64,000 bases of DNA, taken from the NCBI GenBank assembly GCA_025558095.1, contig JAIVFI010000035.1:310001-374000 (forward strand), given 5' to 3'. Below, piece by piece: positions 1-13,068 of this stretch; the stretch's first letter is position 1, and the number at the start of each line of letters is the position of its first letter. A program made the translations under genes and the position numbers. Source of the stretch: Hyaloraphidium curvatum SAG 235-1. Lineage: Eukaryota; Fungi; Monoblepharomycota. The notes below the pieces were generated by a model. The model was not told the DNA's origin and made no database searches. It was given only the letters and a program-made list of their open reading frames with translations.

Positions 1-278
1 GAGCGCCGTGCCGGCGTGCGAGATCGCCTCCATCGCGTACTCGACCTGGTACAGCCGGCCTGCGCGCGCGTGAGCCGCGTCGGCCGCGGGCTGCGCGGCA
101 CCCACCTTCCGGCGAGAAGATCGTCGTCCGCGAGTCGTACCGACGCGCCATGGCTGCGGCGGGACGCGGGACGGGAGGTCTCGAAGGGTGACCGCGTCTC
201 GCAAGCGGATGATGGGGCGGAGCCGTCGCGGACAAAACACCGTTCCCCGAGTTCGCGAGCAGGTCGTTTTGGGCCACG

Positions 279-1731
279 ATGCGTATCGAAACCGAAGTAA
301 AGGTGAGAACGAACTCGTCCGACCCCGCCCCGACGGCGCCGGGCGGCCGGGGAGGCTCCGCGGTGACTCCGTTGTCCCGGGTCTCTAATGTCCCCACTTC
401 GCCTTCGGCCAGCTCGACTTCAAGGATGTACTCATCCGGCCGAAGCGCTCGACATTAAAGAGCCGGGCAGAGGTGTCGCTGCAGCGGGAGTACCGTTTCA
501 GGAACTCGGGGCTCAACTGGGAAGGCGTGGGTGGCATCCCCCCGGCCGCTCTCGGTCCCGCTGACGGGGCCGACGCCGCAGATCCCGGTCATTGCCGCCA
601 ACATGGACACCACCGGCACGCTGGCGATGGCCGAGGTCCTGGCCCAGCACGACCTCCTGACCGCCATCGCCAAGCAGTACGAGGAGGACGACTTTGCCAA
701 GCTCAAGCCCGAGGTCGCCAAGCACGTGGCTATCAGCTCCGGGACCAGCGACTACGACTTTGAGCGCATGTCGCGCTGCGTCAGGGCCAACCCCGACGTG
801 CCCTTCCTGTGCCTGGACGTCGCCAACGGCTACTCGGAGCACTTTGTCGACTACGTCCGCAAGGTCAGGGAGACCTTCGAGGACAAGACCATCATCGCGG
901 GCAACGTCGTGACGGGCGAGATGTGCGAGGAGCTGCTGCTCAGCGGCGCGGACATTGTGAAGGTCGGGATCGGGCCGGGATCGGTTTGCACGACCAGGAT
1001 GAAGACCGGTGTCGGTTACCCGCAATTGTCCGCTGTCATCGAGTGCGCCGATGCCGCGCACGGGCTCAAGGGCCACATCATCTCGGACGGCGGCTGCACC
1101 GTTCCCGTGAGCTCAAATCCTCGGCAGGTAGCTTCGCCGGCCTCACACCTCACACCTTCCAGGGCGACGTCGCCAAGGCCTTTGGCGCCGGCGCGGACTT
1201 TGTCATGCTGGGCGGCATGCTGGCCGGCCACGACGAGAGCGGCGGCGAGCTCGTGGAAAAGGACGGCAAGCAGTACAAGCTCTTTTACGGGATGTCGAGC
1301 GAGACCGCCATGAACAAGTACGCGGGCGGCGTCGCTCAGTACCGCGCGGCCGAGGGTAAGACAGTCACGGTACCGTACCGCGGGCCCGTCGAGCGGACGG
1401 TGCAGGACATCTTGGGCGGCGTGAGGTCGGCGTGCACGTACGTCGGCGCGGCCAGCCTGAAGGAGCTCAGCAAGCGGACGACCTTCATCCGGGTCTCGCA
1501 GCAGGTTTGTCGCATCTTCCCATTGCTTGGACCTGTAGCTCACCTTGCCCCGTTCAGCTCAACCAGGTGTTCAGCGGCAGCGAGATCGCCCCCCCCGCCG
1601 CCCCGGACCGGCGGCCTTCGCAGATCAACGGCACCTCGCCCGGCCGCGATGCCAACCTGACGCACGACGACTCCTTGGGCCCGCCGCGGCACCAGAACGC
1701 CAACGGAAGGGCGAGCCCCCACCTGCCGTGA
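279..1731 (+). CDS. GMPR: GMP reductase (GMPR/GuaC type 1), multi-exon
   Basis: Spliced translation reads MRIETEVK|[95 protein letters not shown]. First intron is 303-412. Confidence 0.93.
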
Positions 1732-1871
1732 TCGAAAAAGAACCGTGTCGCTGGCGACCTGTATCATAGACAAACGAAAAAGGACGCGTGCAGTGTGTAT
1801 TCTCTGCTTTCTGCAAATGCCATCGGATTTCATCCAGCAACTGCCACATCAACCCTCTACTTCAAATGCAT

Positions 1872-3770
1872 TCAGCCAAACAGCTTGAAAGCAGGGTCGG
1901 CGGGCACAGCGGCCTTTGGCGCGACCGCCACCGTGGCCTGCTGGTGCTTGGCCAGACCCCCGAAGAGGTTGGCAAACAGCTCGTTCTTGAGCCCGTCCTC
2001 CATGTCCGCCACCTCCCGCGGCGCCATGAAGTTGCGCAGCTTGTCCATCACGTGGTACCGGATCTTGCGGCCCTTGCTGGCCCGCGTGTCAACCTGTTTC
2101 TTTGTCGCCTTCTTCTTCCGGTCCTGGAGCTGCTTCAGCAGCAGGTGGTTCGAGGCCATCTGCATCGGGTCCATCGACGAGCTCGAGCCGCGCGAGTCGA
2201 TGAGCTCCTTCAGCAGGAGCGAGTAGAAGTCCGTGTCGTCAAAGATCTCTGTGTCCAGGTTGGCCAGGTGGGCATCCACCGCCGCCTTCTCCTCCGAGAC
2301 GGCGGCGTTCCGTTCCTTGGCATCCGGACGGCCCAGACTCCGCCCGTCCCCGGACCGCCAGAGCCGCGTCCGCTTGCGCAGCCTCTCCTTGTCGGCAAGG
2401 ATGTTGCGCACCTGGGCGCTGGCCGCCTGGTTCACGGCTTTGAACTTGGTGGCGACCGACTGGGCGCCACCGTGAGCCTTGGCCCACCACTTGTCCAGCG
2501 TCTGGTCGCGGTAACTTTCGAACAGCCGCTCCAACTCGTCCAGATCGTTCCACCTATCCTCGAGCGACTGGTTGGGATGGCTCTTCCGCTTCCTGTTGCT
2601 GGGAAGCTGGTCCGCCGGGAATCCGGGCGATTGCTCCAGGAGATGGAAGCGCAGGTTCATGAGGTCCGTAATGACGTGGGACAATTCGGAACGCATCTCG
2701 TGGAGATCATCTTGCGGGGTCGGGTGCGGCTCCGAAGAGGTTGCGGAAACGAAGCTGCTCAGCAGGTCGTGCGGGGGCAGCTGGTTGGCGCTGGTAAGTG
2801 CTGGCTGCAGCTTGATTCGAAGGTCAAGCAGCGATTCGAAGATGGCCTGAAGAACAGCGACACGTTAGAGAGACGAGAAAGTGCCCACGACGACGGAACG
2901 TACCAGCTGGGCCTTGACGTTCTGGCCCTTCTCAACATCGGCACGTGCACTGGCCGAGAGCCGCTTCATCAGCTCCTTCTCTTCTTCCTCCAGACGCCTG
3001 AGTTCAGAGTTCACATCGCCGCCTGCCGCCTTCGAAGACCGTTGTCCCTTCCTGCCGCGATGGTCCGCAGCCGTATCGGATTCATCCTCCGACTCGAGGT
3101 CTTCGCTATCAGATTCGTCGCGAGCTTCGCCTTTTGGCTTCCTCGAAGAGCCGTTGACAAGCTTCCTGGCGAGATCCCTCAGATCGATGCCCCCGTCTTC
3201 CTCGGAATCACTGGCAGCGGGACCTTCCTCCGCCTCGAAGTACTCCGTCTCCGTCCGAGAAAGAGGAGCGGACTCCCTACGCGCAACGGGTTCGTCGTCG
3301 TGATCCGGTCCGCTTTCCCCTGAGGAGCTTTCCTCGCCGGCGCTCGCTTCCGAGCCCTCCTGACCCGACCACTCCTCGGGCTCCTGTTCCGAATCCTCCT
3401 CTCCGTCACTTTCGCTCCCAGAGCCCTCCATGAGAGACTTGCGGTCCACGCGGCGGCCGACGTAGCGCTCATCTCCCAAATCCAGTTCGAGGTTCTTCCG
3501 TATCGCTCCCTCGCCCACCGAGACGTATCCTTTGCGGATCGCAGCTTCTTCGTCCATGCTATCCCGGTCAGAGTCGCTGCCAGGCGCGTCGCCACCGTTC
3601 ACGGCGTCGCCCGCCTCGTCGAGCATCGTAAAGACGCTCTTCCCCTTCCCCTTGGCGAGGAGGCCGTTGTCCAGGGCGGAGCCCGCCTCGGGGTCAAACT
3701 CTGTGCTTCGTACATCGCTCGTGATCTGCTTCAGGAAGCTGGCGAGGCTGCCTTTGGCCTTCGAGGTCAT
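1872..3770 (-). CDS. BFR2: AATF/Bfr2 (TRAUB-domain) nucleolar ribosome-biogenesis protein
   Basis: Acidic N-terminus; C-terminal EIFDDTDFYSLLLKELI and VDTRASKGRKIRYHVMDKLRNFMAP motifs; one intron near 2850-2900. Confidence 0.9.
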
Positions 3771-4034
3771 GTTTTGGTTGTTTGCTCGCGGCGTCTATGC
3801 ATGATCGGATTTGCTGCTGCGCGGCCGCACCTCGTCGGGGGACGTCTCTAGCCATCCCGCGCGGAGCTTCCTCAAGCAGTAGATTGGAACGACGTCGTTC
3901 ATCGTGTTCTTTAGGAGGAGTTACTGGGAACCGCTGGTCGGCCGCGTCGGCCACGAACCTGGGGACCTCGAGCCGACTGTTACACAACCGACTTCTAGGG
4001 CTGGAGAACGGACACGCGGGACCGGCTACCTAAA

Positions 4035-5971
4035 ATGGCGGCGACGGAGAATGTGGAGAAGAAGAGTCTGATTCCTCCGGCTCTGTTGCGGTTCTATCCC
4101 GTGGGTGGCGGCCTCGTTCACGCACGACGCTCGGCTTACCTTACCTTACGGCTCCCCTTTGCCTCTCCCTCGATCGGGCGACCTCGTTCATGCACGGTGC
4201 TCGGCTTATCGTTCGGCTCCCCATTCCCTCTCCCTCGATTGGTCAGTATGCCGAGGACCAGGCCATTCGCATCGTTGCGATGAAGGGACGGCTGCGCGCA
4301 TGGAACGTCTGCGTAACGGAAGTCGCCAAAGCCTTTGAGCAGCTCGCGATGCTCGAGAAGGAAATAGGAATGGTCTACACCAACCTGGCGACGGTGCTCG
4401 TGCCTGACGAGAAGGAGATTGCGGGGAGCAGCGCCCTTGCGAGGGCTCGGGACGCGGCCTCGCGCATCGCAACCGAGTACGGCGAATTCCAGTCGGCCAT
4501 CGCGAACTCGGCTAGGCAGCTCGCATCGTTGAGGGACGCGCAGATATCGATGTCAAAGTCGTGGGCCTCGACCTGCGATCGGGCATTTCTCGCTGTTGAG
4601 AAGAGTCGGATAGCCACTGCGAATGCTGTTTTCGTGTTCGAGCGGGCTAAGGACAGGCTTCCCACCGGAATGGACCAGTGGCTCGTGGACCAGGTGCTCC
4701 GTAACGCGATAACCAAAGGCGTTGCCGCCGAGAACCAGTACCAAGGGGAAATGGCGGAGCTCGGCCAACGGATGGTGGACACCGAGGCGAAGCTCGTGGG
4801 GGACCTGCAAAAGGTGTTCAACGAGCATCACGCCTGGATGAAGACGCATTCTAGCAACGTCCTGCTCCACTACGGGACGCTGGGATCCTTCCTTGGCACC
4901 TTGACCCCCTTGGCTGCGTTCGAGGTGTTCAACAAGCGCCACGATGTTGCGAATTCTCCCGCTTGGAACACGGCGAGGACGATTCCCGACTTTCCCTTCA
5001 CGATACCCACCTCCAAGGTGATCAAGGAGGGGTTCGTGGGCCGGCCGGGCGGATTCTGGGGCAAGGGAAAGGATTCGTGGGCCGTGATTTCGGACAAGGG
5101 TTTCTTCCACGTCTTTGATCACGCGCGACCAAACTTGGTAACGCGCGCGATTGGATGGGCTGAGACGAAGAAGTTTGAGACGATGGACAAGCCCGACGCG
5201 GTCATCTCGATCAAACTCCGGAGACCGAAAGTCGACATCGGAATTCCGATGCCTGCGGAGCTTCTTGCAGCATCCGGCAACGCGACAGCAGCATTGGACA
5301 AGCAGCTTAAGCAGCAAGGGGAGGATCACGCTTTCGAAATCACGGTCCGAGGAGGCAGCGACTCTGAAGAGGCGACTGGCCCAGAAACCAAGTACACATT
5401 CAAAGCGGAAACCGAGGAGCAAATGGTGGACTGGATGGTTGCTATCAAGAAGGTCCTAGACCAGAGTGCCCGGCCGAGGCTCTTTGATTCCAGCTCGCCG
5501 TCGTCGTTAATGGTTCCTGGCAGTGGTGCTGCGAGCGCAGCGGGGACTGCTTCCACCAGCGCTGTTTCCAGTGCCAACGGGTCGCCTCGATCCGCCGGAT
5601 CTGCAAATCGGATCCCGGCGGAGAGCCTGCCGGGGTCGCCCAACGGAAAGGTGGACATCGACGAGGTTTTCGGGTCGATCGCGGGCCCCACGCGCAGCAA
5701 CATGGACAGCCCCACATCGAGTGCCAACCCCTGGCAGACCAAGCCGCCGAATCTCTTTGAAGATGAACTCACGGACGACTTTTTCGGGGACTCGCCGTCC
5801 TTTGGCGGAGGCGCAACTTCGAACTTTGAGGAGGTCGTGCCCCGATCGCCGCTTCTGGTCGGTTCCACTACAGCGGCGCCAAGCGCCGCAGCTGTTGCTG
5901 GGATCAACCAGGCTGCTTCGGACCTCTGGCAGGCGGACTTTGCATCGTTCCCGTCTCCGCCGGCGCGCTGA
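4035..5971 (+). CDS. BAR + PH domain phosphoinositide-binding protein (Slm1/Slm2-like)
   Basis: Helical N-terminal half, then a PH domain (VIKEGFV...WAVISDKGFFHVF...YTFKAETEEQMVDWMVAIKKV) and a Ser-rich tail; probable intron after the first short exon. Confidence 0.7.
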
Positions 5972-6159
5972 GTAGAGTGTGAGGTGTTTTTCGTGGATCC
6001 TGTACATTGGGTGTCGAAACTGAGACCTCAAATGATCTTCAAATGAGTTCTTGAGGGAATCGTGTCAAAGACGAAGTTACTCTTCGGGTCCTTTGGATCG
6101 GGAGTGGGATTGGGGCCGATGCGAGCGCTCTGACCCGCAATGGCGCTAAAGAGAGGCTG

Positions 6160-6543
6160 CTAGTACTTGCTGAGCAGCTCGACGACCTTTTTGTACTGAT
6201 TCGAGATGTTGATTTTCTGCTCGGCCAGGTGCCGGGGGCTCACGCCGGCCGGGGTGGTGACCGCAGGCGAGGCCCCAGCCTGCAGCAGGAGTTCGACCAC
6301 GTCGTAGTGTCCGTTGCCCGCGGCAAGATGCAATGCCGTCAGGTGCTCATGGTTCGGGGTCGACAGCAACCGCGAGGCCGCCGGAGAACGGAGGATCGCC
6401 GCCGCGAGAGAGACGTCGCCCAACTGAGCCGCAGTGTGGAGGGCAGTAGGCGGAGACTGCTTGCAGGGAGGCGGCGGCGCGGTGGCGGCAATGGTCGCGA
6501 GCGCGCGCTTTGCGGGGGAAGCGGTGCGGAGAAGAAGGGCCAT
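6160..6543 (-). CDS. small ankyrin-repeat protein, possible mitochondrial presequence
   Basis: TALHTAAQLGD and TALHLAAGNGHYDVVELLLQAGA ankyrin repeats. Confidence 0.75.
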   Translation of the reverse strand: MALLLRTASPAKRALATIAATAPPPPCKQSPPTALHTAAQLGDVSLAAAILRSPAASRLLSTPNHEHLTALHLAAGNGHYDVVELLLQAGASPAVTTPAGVSPRHLAEQKINISNQYKKVVELLSKY

Positions 6544-7171
6544 GTTTGGACTGGGCGACACCGCGGGAGTCAGTCGAGCGGAGCCGTCCGCTGAGCGCAG
6601 ACGCTACCGACGTGAAGCAGAAGCACGATGAGGTGAGCGCAGCGGGCAGAACTGGGGCCAGAGCGTGGTGTCGGCACGGCGGAGCAGTCAGCTTTTGGGG
6701 ACCCTCCTTGTCGAGCTCCAAAAAGGAAGGAACTTCGCCTCCCAACAGGCACAGCAAGTGCCAGGCAAATCAGCAGCCCGCTCCACATGGCCACTACTGC
6801 TTGTTTGGCACCCACTTTGACCTAGTCAGCGACCGGATGGGAGCTTGGACGCCTTTGGCTCGGAAAAACTACGAGCCGGACCGTCCCCGCGCAAGAAGAG
6901 TCCAACGACTGCCATCCGAGCGCCGAATGAGCCCGCAAGTTAGCCGGCGCATGCCACGCATTCTCCGGCGATATAAGAGCATCCATCGTCCGTCTTTCGT
7001 GCAGCCAATTCGTCCCAATCCGGATTCCCGCGGGCTGGGCCCCGCCCACAGGCCGATCACCCCGGAATCCCAAGCCAACATCGGGCGAAGGGCCACCTGC
7101 CCGGCAGGCGGATGACGCGGAGCTGCACGATGCGACTGGGATCTGCCTCCGACCGGCCCTCGGTTGGCCGA

Positions 7172-7930
7172 ATGTGGCTGCTGGCGTTGCTGGCGGTCCT
7201 CTGGGGGACGGGCGCCGCGGCCGCCCCGGCGCCCGTCCTCGATACCCGCGGGGAGGCGCTCTCCGGTGCTCGGAACGATGCGGATCATCTCTCCAAACGG
7301 TCCTCGTCCCTTGATGGCCTCGGCATCGTGAGTATGTTCGAGGGGCGGCGGGACGGCAGCTGCCGACGCCGAGCATACAGCCGCTCCTGCCGGCGAGGCC
7401 ACACCTCATAGAATCTGCTAAACTGTCCCTCCTGGACCTCCAGCTCTACAATACCAAGGACCGGGAGGGATTCTGCCGGAATGGCGTCGTCCACAACCAT
7501 CAGCAAGTCTGCGCGCTGTCCCGCGAAGCATTCCTCTTTGTCAACGCTGAGGAGACGTCCGAGGACCTTTCGGCTTGTGGAAAGCGCGTCTGCATCGTCC
7601 ACGGGGAATCCGTTGTGGACTGCGTGGTCTCTGACGCGTGGGTTATCGTCGGCTGCAAGTACGGGTTCGAAGCGCTCATCGGGCCCTTCGGTATCCTCCA
7701 GATGCGACGGCTGTCGACCTACAGACATCAAGATCACCCCCGCCGTCTTCTCTCTCCTCGCGCCTGCGCACGCAGACCTCGCACTTTCGAGCATCCCCGT
7801 CTCCTGGCACTTTTGCGGTCCCGACGACGTATTGAGGACCGCACCGCCGGCTGACCCCGCATTTGGTGCCGACGCAACTCCCATGCCGATGCCAGCGGTT
7901 GATCTCGGCGCATTGGGCAGTGATGCGTGA
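7172..7930 (+). CDS. secreted RlpA-like double-psi beta-barrel (expansin/loosenin-like) protein
   Basis: Signal peptide MWLLALLAVLWGTGAAA and a KR pro-site; spliced exons give GFC...CALS...ACGKRVCI...VVDCVVSDA.CDGCRPTDIKITPAVFSLLA...IPVSWHFC. Confidence 0.65.
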
Positions 7931-8166
7931 AGAAGTCTGAAAAACCCTGCCCTTGGAGAGGACTGATCTGGTCTGAGCGAGCCGGGGCGTAGTGGTATCT
8001 GCTGTACATACTGTATACCTCCTGTTGTAATTGCAGTTTCGTTGTCGCTAGGCTTGACTCGCCGTGCCATACCAGGGGTTTGGGTTGCGGTCTCCATCGT
8101 CGAATCCACGTTGCTCCGTTCTCGTTCTCTCCACCGTCGCGGCTTTCGGGCTTCCCTGTGAAGTCA

Positions 8167-9300
8167 TGAGCGCTCTACGTGTGTTGCCCCGGAACTGCCT
8201 CCGGAACCCATGGACTGCCGTCGGCTGCGTCTCGTCGGCGACTGCGCGAAGGCTCCCGCCAAGAATCGTGCCCAAGATTGTTCCGCGGGGTAATCCGCAT
8301 CGCGGGTACTCGACCACGCCTTCGGACGCCGTCGAGATCGTGATTTGCGATCCGCGAGTGCTGTTCCCGCCTCATGGAGACCCTACGGATCCCGCAGTCG
8401 AAGACTCGGTCATTGGCCCCATAAAGGTTCCACGAGACGTCGTGTTAGGTCCTCCCGCTGAGGAATTGGACTCGTATCAGCCGATGAACTCTTTCTACTT
8501 CGGCGAGAGATCCGAGGAGGCAGGTTCGGCCTTTCGACGGACACTGCCTTAGCTAATCCTATTCCATCAGTTGTTCGAGTACGCTTTCCTCGGAAATCAC
8601 AACACGGCCACGGATTACACGTGCATCGCGGTCAAGGACCATCTGGCGGAGCTGAGGGAGTCGGGGCTGGACTGGGACGCTTTCCGCGAGGCCTGGAAGA
8701 GCGAGCGCGACACTGCCGGAGGACAGTACAGATTCTCCCGGTTTGCCAAGAGCCTTCCATTCCTCGGCAACCTCGAAAGCAGCTATGGGCTTGAGGGTGC
8801 CTCGGTCCACGTCCTCAGGCGGGGCGGGGAAGTCAGGGGCCTTCTCATAACCAGCATCCCCGGAGACGCCGACTGATGATGGCCAGGCTCTATGCCGTTC
8901 GCAGATGGACATCTATGTTCTTGAGCATCAATTGGTTACACTGATGGAGAAACCCCCCCCCTCCCTCCCCCCTCCGTCCGGACCACTTCATTCGGTTAGA
9001 TCTTTCGTCAAATGGGATGATGGAAGAGCGAAGCGCCTCGAGCAAGCCTCGAGGCACGTTCTCGGTCTTTGCCGGCCCTCCGAGGGCCGAGCCCGAAGGA
9101 GAAAACGGGCAAACCCCCTCAGATATCTCGCACGCTATCCGCCATCCGACGCGGACTTCGTAGGCCATCCCGCCAACGAGGCAAAGGCCGACACCACGCC
9201 GCAGGCCACAGACTACGGCGCCGGTCGGGCCCTACCCCGTTGTTTGGTGTACGGGTGCGCCTTGCAAGTCGTTGCCGCACGGTCGTTCGGTGCCTCCTTC
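8167..9300 (+). CDS. hypothetical protein, possibly mitochondrial; 3' end uncertain
   Basis: Arg-rich presequence-like start (MSALRVLPRNCLRNPW); ORFs 8064-8552, 8571-8876 and 8905 onward can be joined by short introns. No family recognised. Confidence 0.4.
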
Positions 9301-9495
9301 ATCAGCGAGGGTATAGTTATTTTAAGTTGTTGTAGTCATAAGGTTAATCTGCGCGGCGGAGGCGTCAGCTCTCGCCCAGGGCGCCGTGCAGACGGGAAGG
9401 CGAAACAGACCTTAAGACGTGAAGTTTGTTTGTTGTCGGCCGCACGGCTCTTGTACGGGGTAAGGGACTGCGCATCCTGGAGCTTCTTCAGGTGG

Positions 9496-11038
9496 ATGCC
9501 TCCCGGGCACAGGCGGCAGAGCAAATCCCATTCGAAACCCCGGGAAACGCTCATTGGCCAGCGCAAATCCCGTTCGGAACCCCGGACAACGCTCGTCGGC
9601 CCCCTCCTGTGCGCGGCAGCGGCCTTGCTCCTCGCGATCGCCATGGCCCCGCGCGTGCTCGCCGACCTGCTGTCGATCGCTCGTGCCGCGATGCCTGGGG
9701 CGGTGGACGCGCCCGAAGGCGCCGACCCGCTCGCCGTGGCGGCTGCAATGGACGACCGCCCGTACAACGCGGCACCCCCGCCGACCGCGCGCGAGACGGC
9801 GTCGCTGGCGCGCAACGCGTCCACCCATCTCCGCGGGATCCTCCCCTCGTATTCCCGCGATCAGGCCCCGACGCCGTTCCTGCTCGCGGCGGACGACGTG
9901 CGGTGTCCGCCAAAGGTCAGGGAGAAGCTGCGGGTGCGGTCGGACGCCATCAACGCGGCAACGGAACGGAACCGCCTCTTCGTGTTCGAACTCATCGACA
10001 TGCTGGAAGGCCGCGAGTTTGCCCAGCCGGTGCCGGTCTCGCCGAGCTTTTTCCCCATGTCGAACTACGTGCCAACGACGGCGTCGGCAAGCTGCCAGCC
10101 CAGCAGCTACGACTCGATAGAGACGCTCATGGGCCATCTGTCGAGGGACTGGTCGACGGAGCACGACTTTACGGGGGCCAAAAGCTACGAAATCATGCTG
10201 CGCATGTTGGAGAAATACGTTCCCAAGGGCGGAAAGGTGCTGCTTCCGGGAGCCGGCCTCGGAAGGCTCGGGTTCGAGATCGCCAAGCGAGGTTTCCGGG
10301 TGGAGATGAACGAGTGGGTCCGCCGCGCTCTTGGAGGTGCTGAGCCTGACACCGCGGCCGTCCAGCTGCTCCCCCGTCATGGCTGCGATAGCGCACCTCA
10401 TGCTTTCGCACGTCCGGCATCCGCGGCATTGCCACCCGTTCCTGCACCGCTGGAAGAATCTCATCCACGGCGACGAGCGGGACCAGATGACCGTTTTTGA
10501 GGTGCCCATGGTGCCGCCGGGAACCGAGGCGGCGGAGCTGCGCGCCAAGGGTGCCGACATCCTTCCGATCGACATCACGCTCGGGGAGTTTGGGAAGCTC
10601 TACTCCGCGCCTCCGAACGACAGCCGGCTGCGTGCTGCAGGGAGCGGCTTCGATGCCGTCATTTCCTCCTTCTTCATCGACAAGGCCAACTCGGACACGT
10701 GGGGCGCGTTGCTGGAGATCGTTCTGCCGATCAAGCCCGGTGGCATCCTCATCAACGCTGGACCACTGGCCTGGAAAGGTTTGCTCTACGCGTGTTTTGG
10801 CGCTTTGCTTTGCTGACGTGACATTTTAGGCGACGCCAAGCCTATGCTCACGCTGGACGAGGTCCTGCTGTTCTGGGAGACGCACCCGAAGACTCGTTTG
10901 GAGCTCCTCGACCAGGAGAGCCTTCCGGTGGACTATTCCCGCCGCGAAGGCGCTTTGCTCTACACGGAGCGCTACATTTCGCCGATCATGGCGCTTCGAA
11001 AGACGGCGGGCATGGAAGAGAAGGAGGTCCGGCTGTGA
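9496..11038 (+). CDS. N2227-like / carnosine N-methyltransferase family SAM-dependent methyltransferase with N-terminal TM anchor
   Basis: LSRDWS, KVLLPGAGLGRLGFEIAKRGF.VEMNE, FDAVISSFFIDKA, KPGGILINAGPL motifs. Confidence 0.8.
9518..9601 (+). repeat. imperfect 42-bp coding tandem duplication
   Basis: Encodes QSKSHSKPRETLIG / QRKSRSEPRTTLVG. Confidence 0.7.
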
Positions 11039-11442
11039 AGGCCGAAAGATACCCTGTAGACGCTCGCAACCAACCCAATCCAGCAGCATTGCGGCTCCGA
11101 TTCCGAACTTCCACGTGATTGGCTGTGCAAAGCAAGAAAGTGGCCTTGCTCGTGAGCGGAATGGACCCCTATCTGGGCCCCTGCGGCAAGATGCGGGCGG
11201 GTGTTGGGGGTCGTGCCGCCGAACGCCTAGCACACAGACCGCACAAATCTCTGGGCAAACTCCGAGCTCTGCGGGCAGAACTCGGCGCAAGCACATCTCC
11301 GCCCGCCCGAGCAGCGGAAAACAAGGCCATTCCGGGCCAGAAGTGGGATTCCGGGCGACCAGAGCCGCGCAACCGAACCCGGCAAACACGGCGCCTCATC
11401 AGTCGGCATCGCCCCCACGGAGGACCCCAACGCAGCTGCACG

Positions 11443-13068
11443 ATGTTGCAGGCCAGCGCCACGCAGCGCACGGCTCCCGATGCCGTCGCCCACCGGGCCG
11501 GCCCCGGTGGAAGCGCCACCCTGGGGGCAGCTCCTGATGCAGTCCTCCACCGGGCCGGAACAGGCCTCCGGGGGCGAGGGCTGCTGGCAGCGGCCGTTGC
11601 CGCCATTGCTGCGTGCTTGTCGGCGGCGACGGCGGCGAATGGTTTCCTCCTGGAATGCAACAGCCCGGACCAGATGCTGAACACGTACAGCGTCCCGTCG
11701 ACGTCCATGCGTGGGTTGTGCAAGCCACCGGCGTATCAGGAGTACGTTGCTTCGCTCAATGGCACGGGCGGAAGCGCCACGATGCCCCAGGAGCGCGATA
11801 TACCTCCCTCGTACAACTGGGGCTTTGAGCTTTTCGATTACTGGGAAGTTCCCGAGACTGCTGGACAGTCTGGCGCCTACCACGTGTTTCCCGACTCGCA
11901 CGTGCCCGCCGTGCCGCATCCCAACGGCGGGTGGGTCCTCTTCTGGGCCAATTCCGAGAACTGGAGGTCTCGGGGGTTTGGACCTGGCCCAGACCAGCAG
12001 CAATACTACGAGCCCTTCGGCATGATGTACGGCGGACGGACCTGGCGATGGGGCTATGATAACGGCGGAAAATGGTTCGTGCTTGGCCTGCGCTGTTGAT
12101 TGGGCAGTCGCTCATACACTCGTACAGGCTCATGTCGGTCTCGCCGCACCCGACGGACGGGAACCCTTGGCATTTGGTCGGATTCTACCATGCAGAAGAC
12201 GGTTTTTGGTAAGCACTGATCGCCCTGTCGCGTGAGGGATAGCTGACCGAGCATACGCATTGCTCAGGCCTTACCAGGGCGCCGGTGGCCCTGCATGGAA
12301 GACGATAGGCGTCACGCATTCGTGGGATGGTATGTCAGTTTCGCACCCTCTGAAAGCCCGGTCTCAACCTTCTTCAGCCGGGATGACATGGCATGACTAC
12401 GGCCCCATCATCACCAGCAACACGCCGAGGCCGGAGGACTCCCGACCGTACTTTGGCGGCGTCGGAAACTTGTGGGTGCCCGCGCATGTGCCATCGGTCG
12501 CGATGCTGACATGGTCTGTCAAGTAATGCCGCTTGGGATTCCGCCAACCAGAGGTGGCTGTTGCTGTTCTCGGAGTACTGGATCGGAGCCGCAATCAGCC
12601 ACGACCCGAACGGCATGCCCGAGACGTGGTTCAAGTGGAACGGCTACGACCAGGGCTTCTCCCAGCCGGGTTGGGGCGGCGTCTTCACGCCCTTGCCGGG
12701 TCTGGAAAGCGTCCCCGGCGGGAATCCGAGCATGAGCTGGAACGTCTATCTCAACAAGTGGCTCATTGTCTACGGCGCGTGAGTAGCAGCCTCTTGAAGT
12801 CCGAGAAAGTTTGCTAATGGATGGTGCCTCTTGCAGCTGGGACTACGGCCTCCACATCAGCGCCTCCTTCGATGGCGTCACCTGGGACCCGGTCCGGTAC
12901 CTGGTCGGCTCCGTGGACGGATCGAGGGCTTGGTACCCCACCCTGTCTTCCGAGTACGGACCATACCTCTCCTTCCAGCAGGTTTCGCTTTACCACGCGG
13001 ACAAATTCGAATACCCGGACCGGCGCAAGGTCATCAAGCGCCAGATTCGTCTGAACCGATACGACTGA
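11443..13068 (+). CDS. secreted or membrane-anchored beta-propeller glycoside-hydrolase-like protein, multi-exon
   Basis: Hydrophobic segment LLAAAVAAIAACLSAATA; Trp/Gly-rich; Asp-box-like motifs THSWDGMTW and SASFDGVTW; YDNGGKW, GFYHAE, GNPSMSWNVYLNKWL, WYPTL. Confidence 0.6.

Noticed and set aside
1788-3323. 511-aa plus-strand ORF, and similar long antisense ORFs (e.g. 52041-54056, 55608-57125, 18226-19323)
   Set aside because: Shadow ORFs opposite real genes, expected in GC-rich DNA; no motifs.
8905-10500. 531-aa ORF apparently fusing a hypothetical protein to the methyltransferase
   Set aside because: It crosses an AT-rich UTR-like stretch (~9310-9350); more likely chance read-through across two genes.
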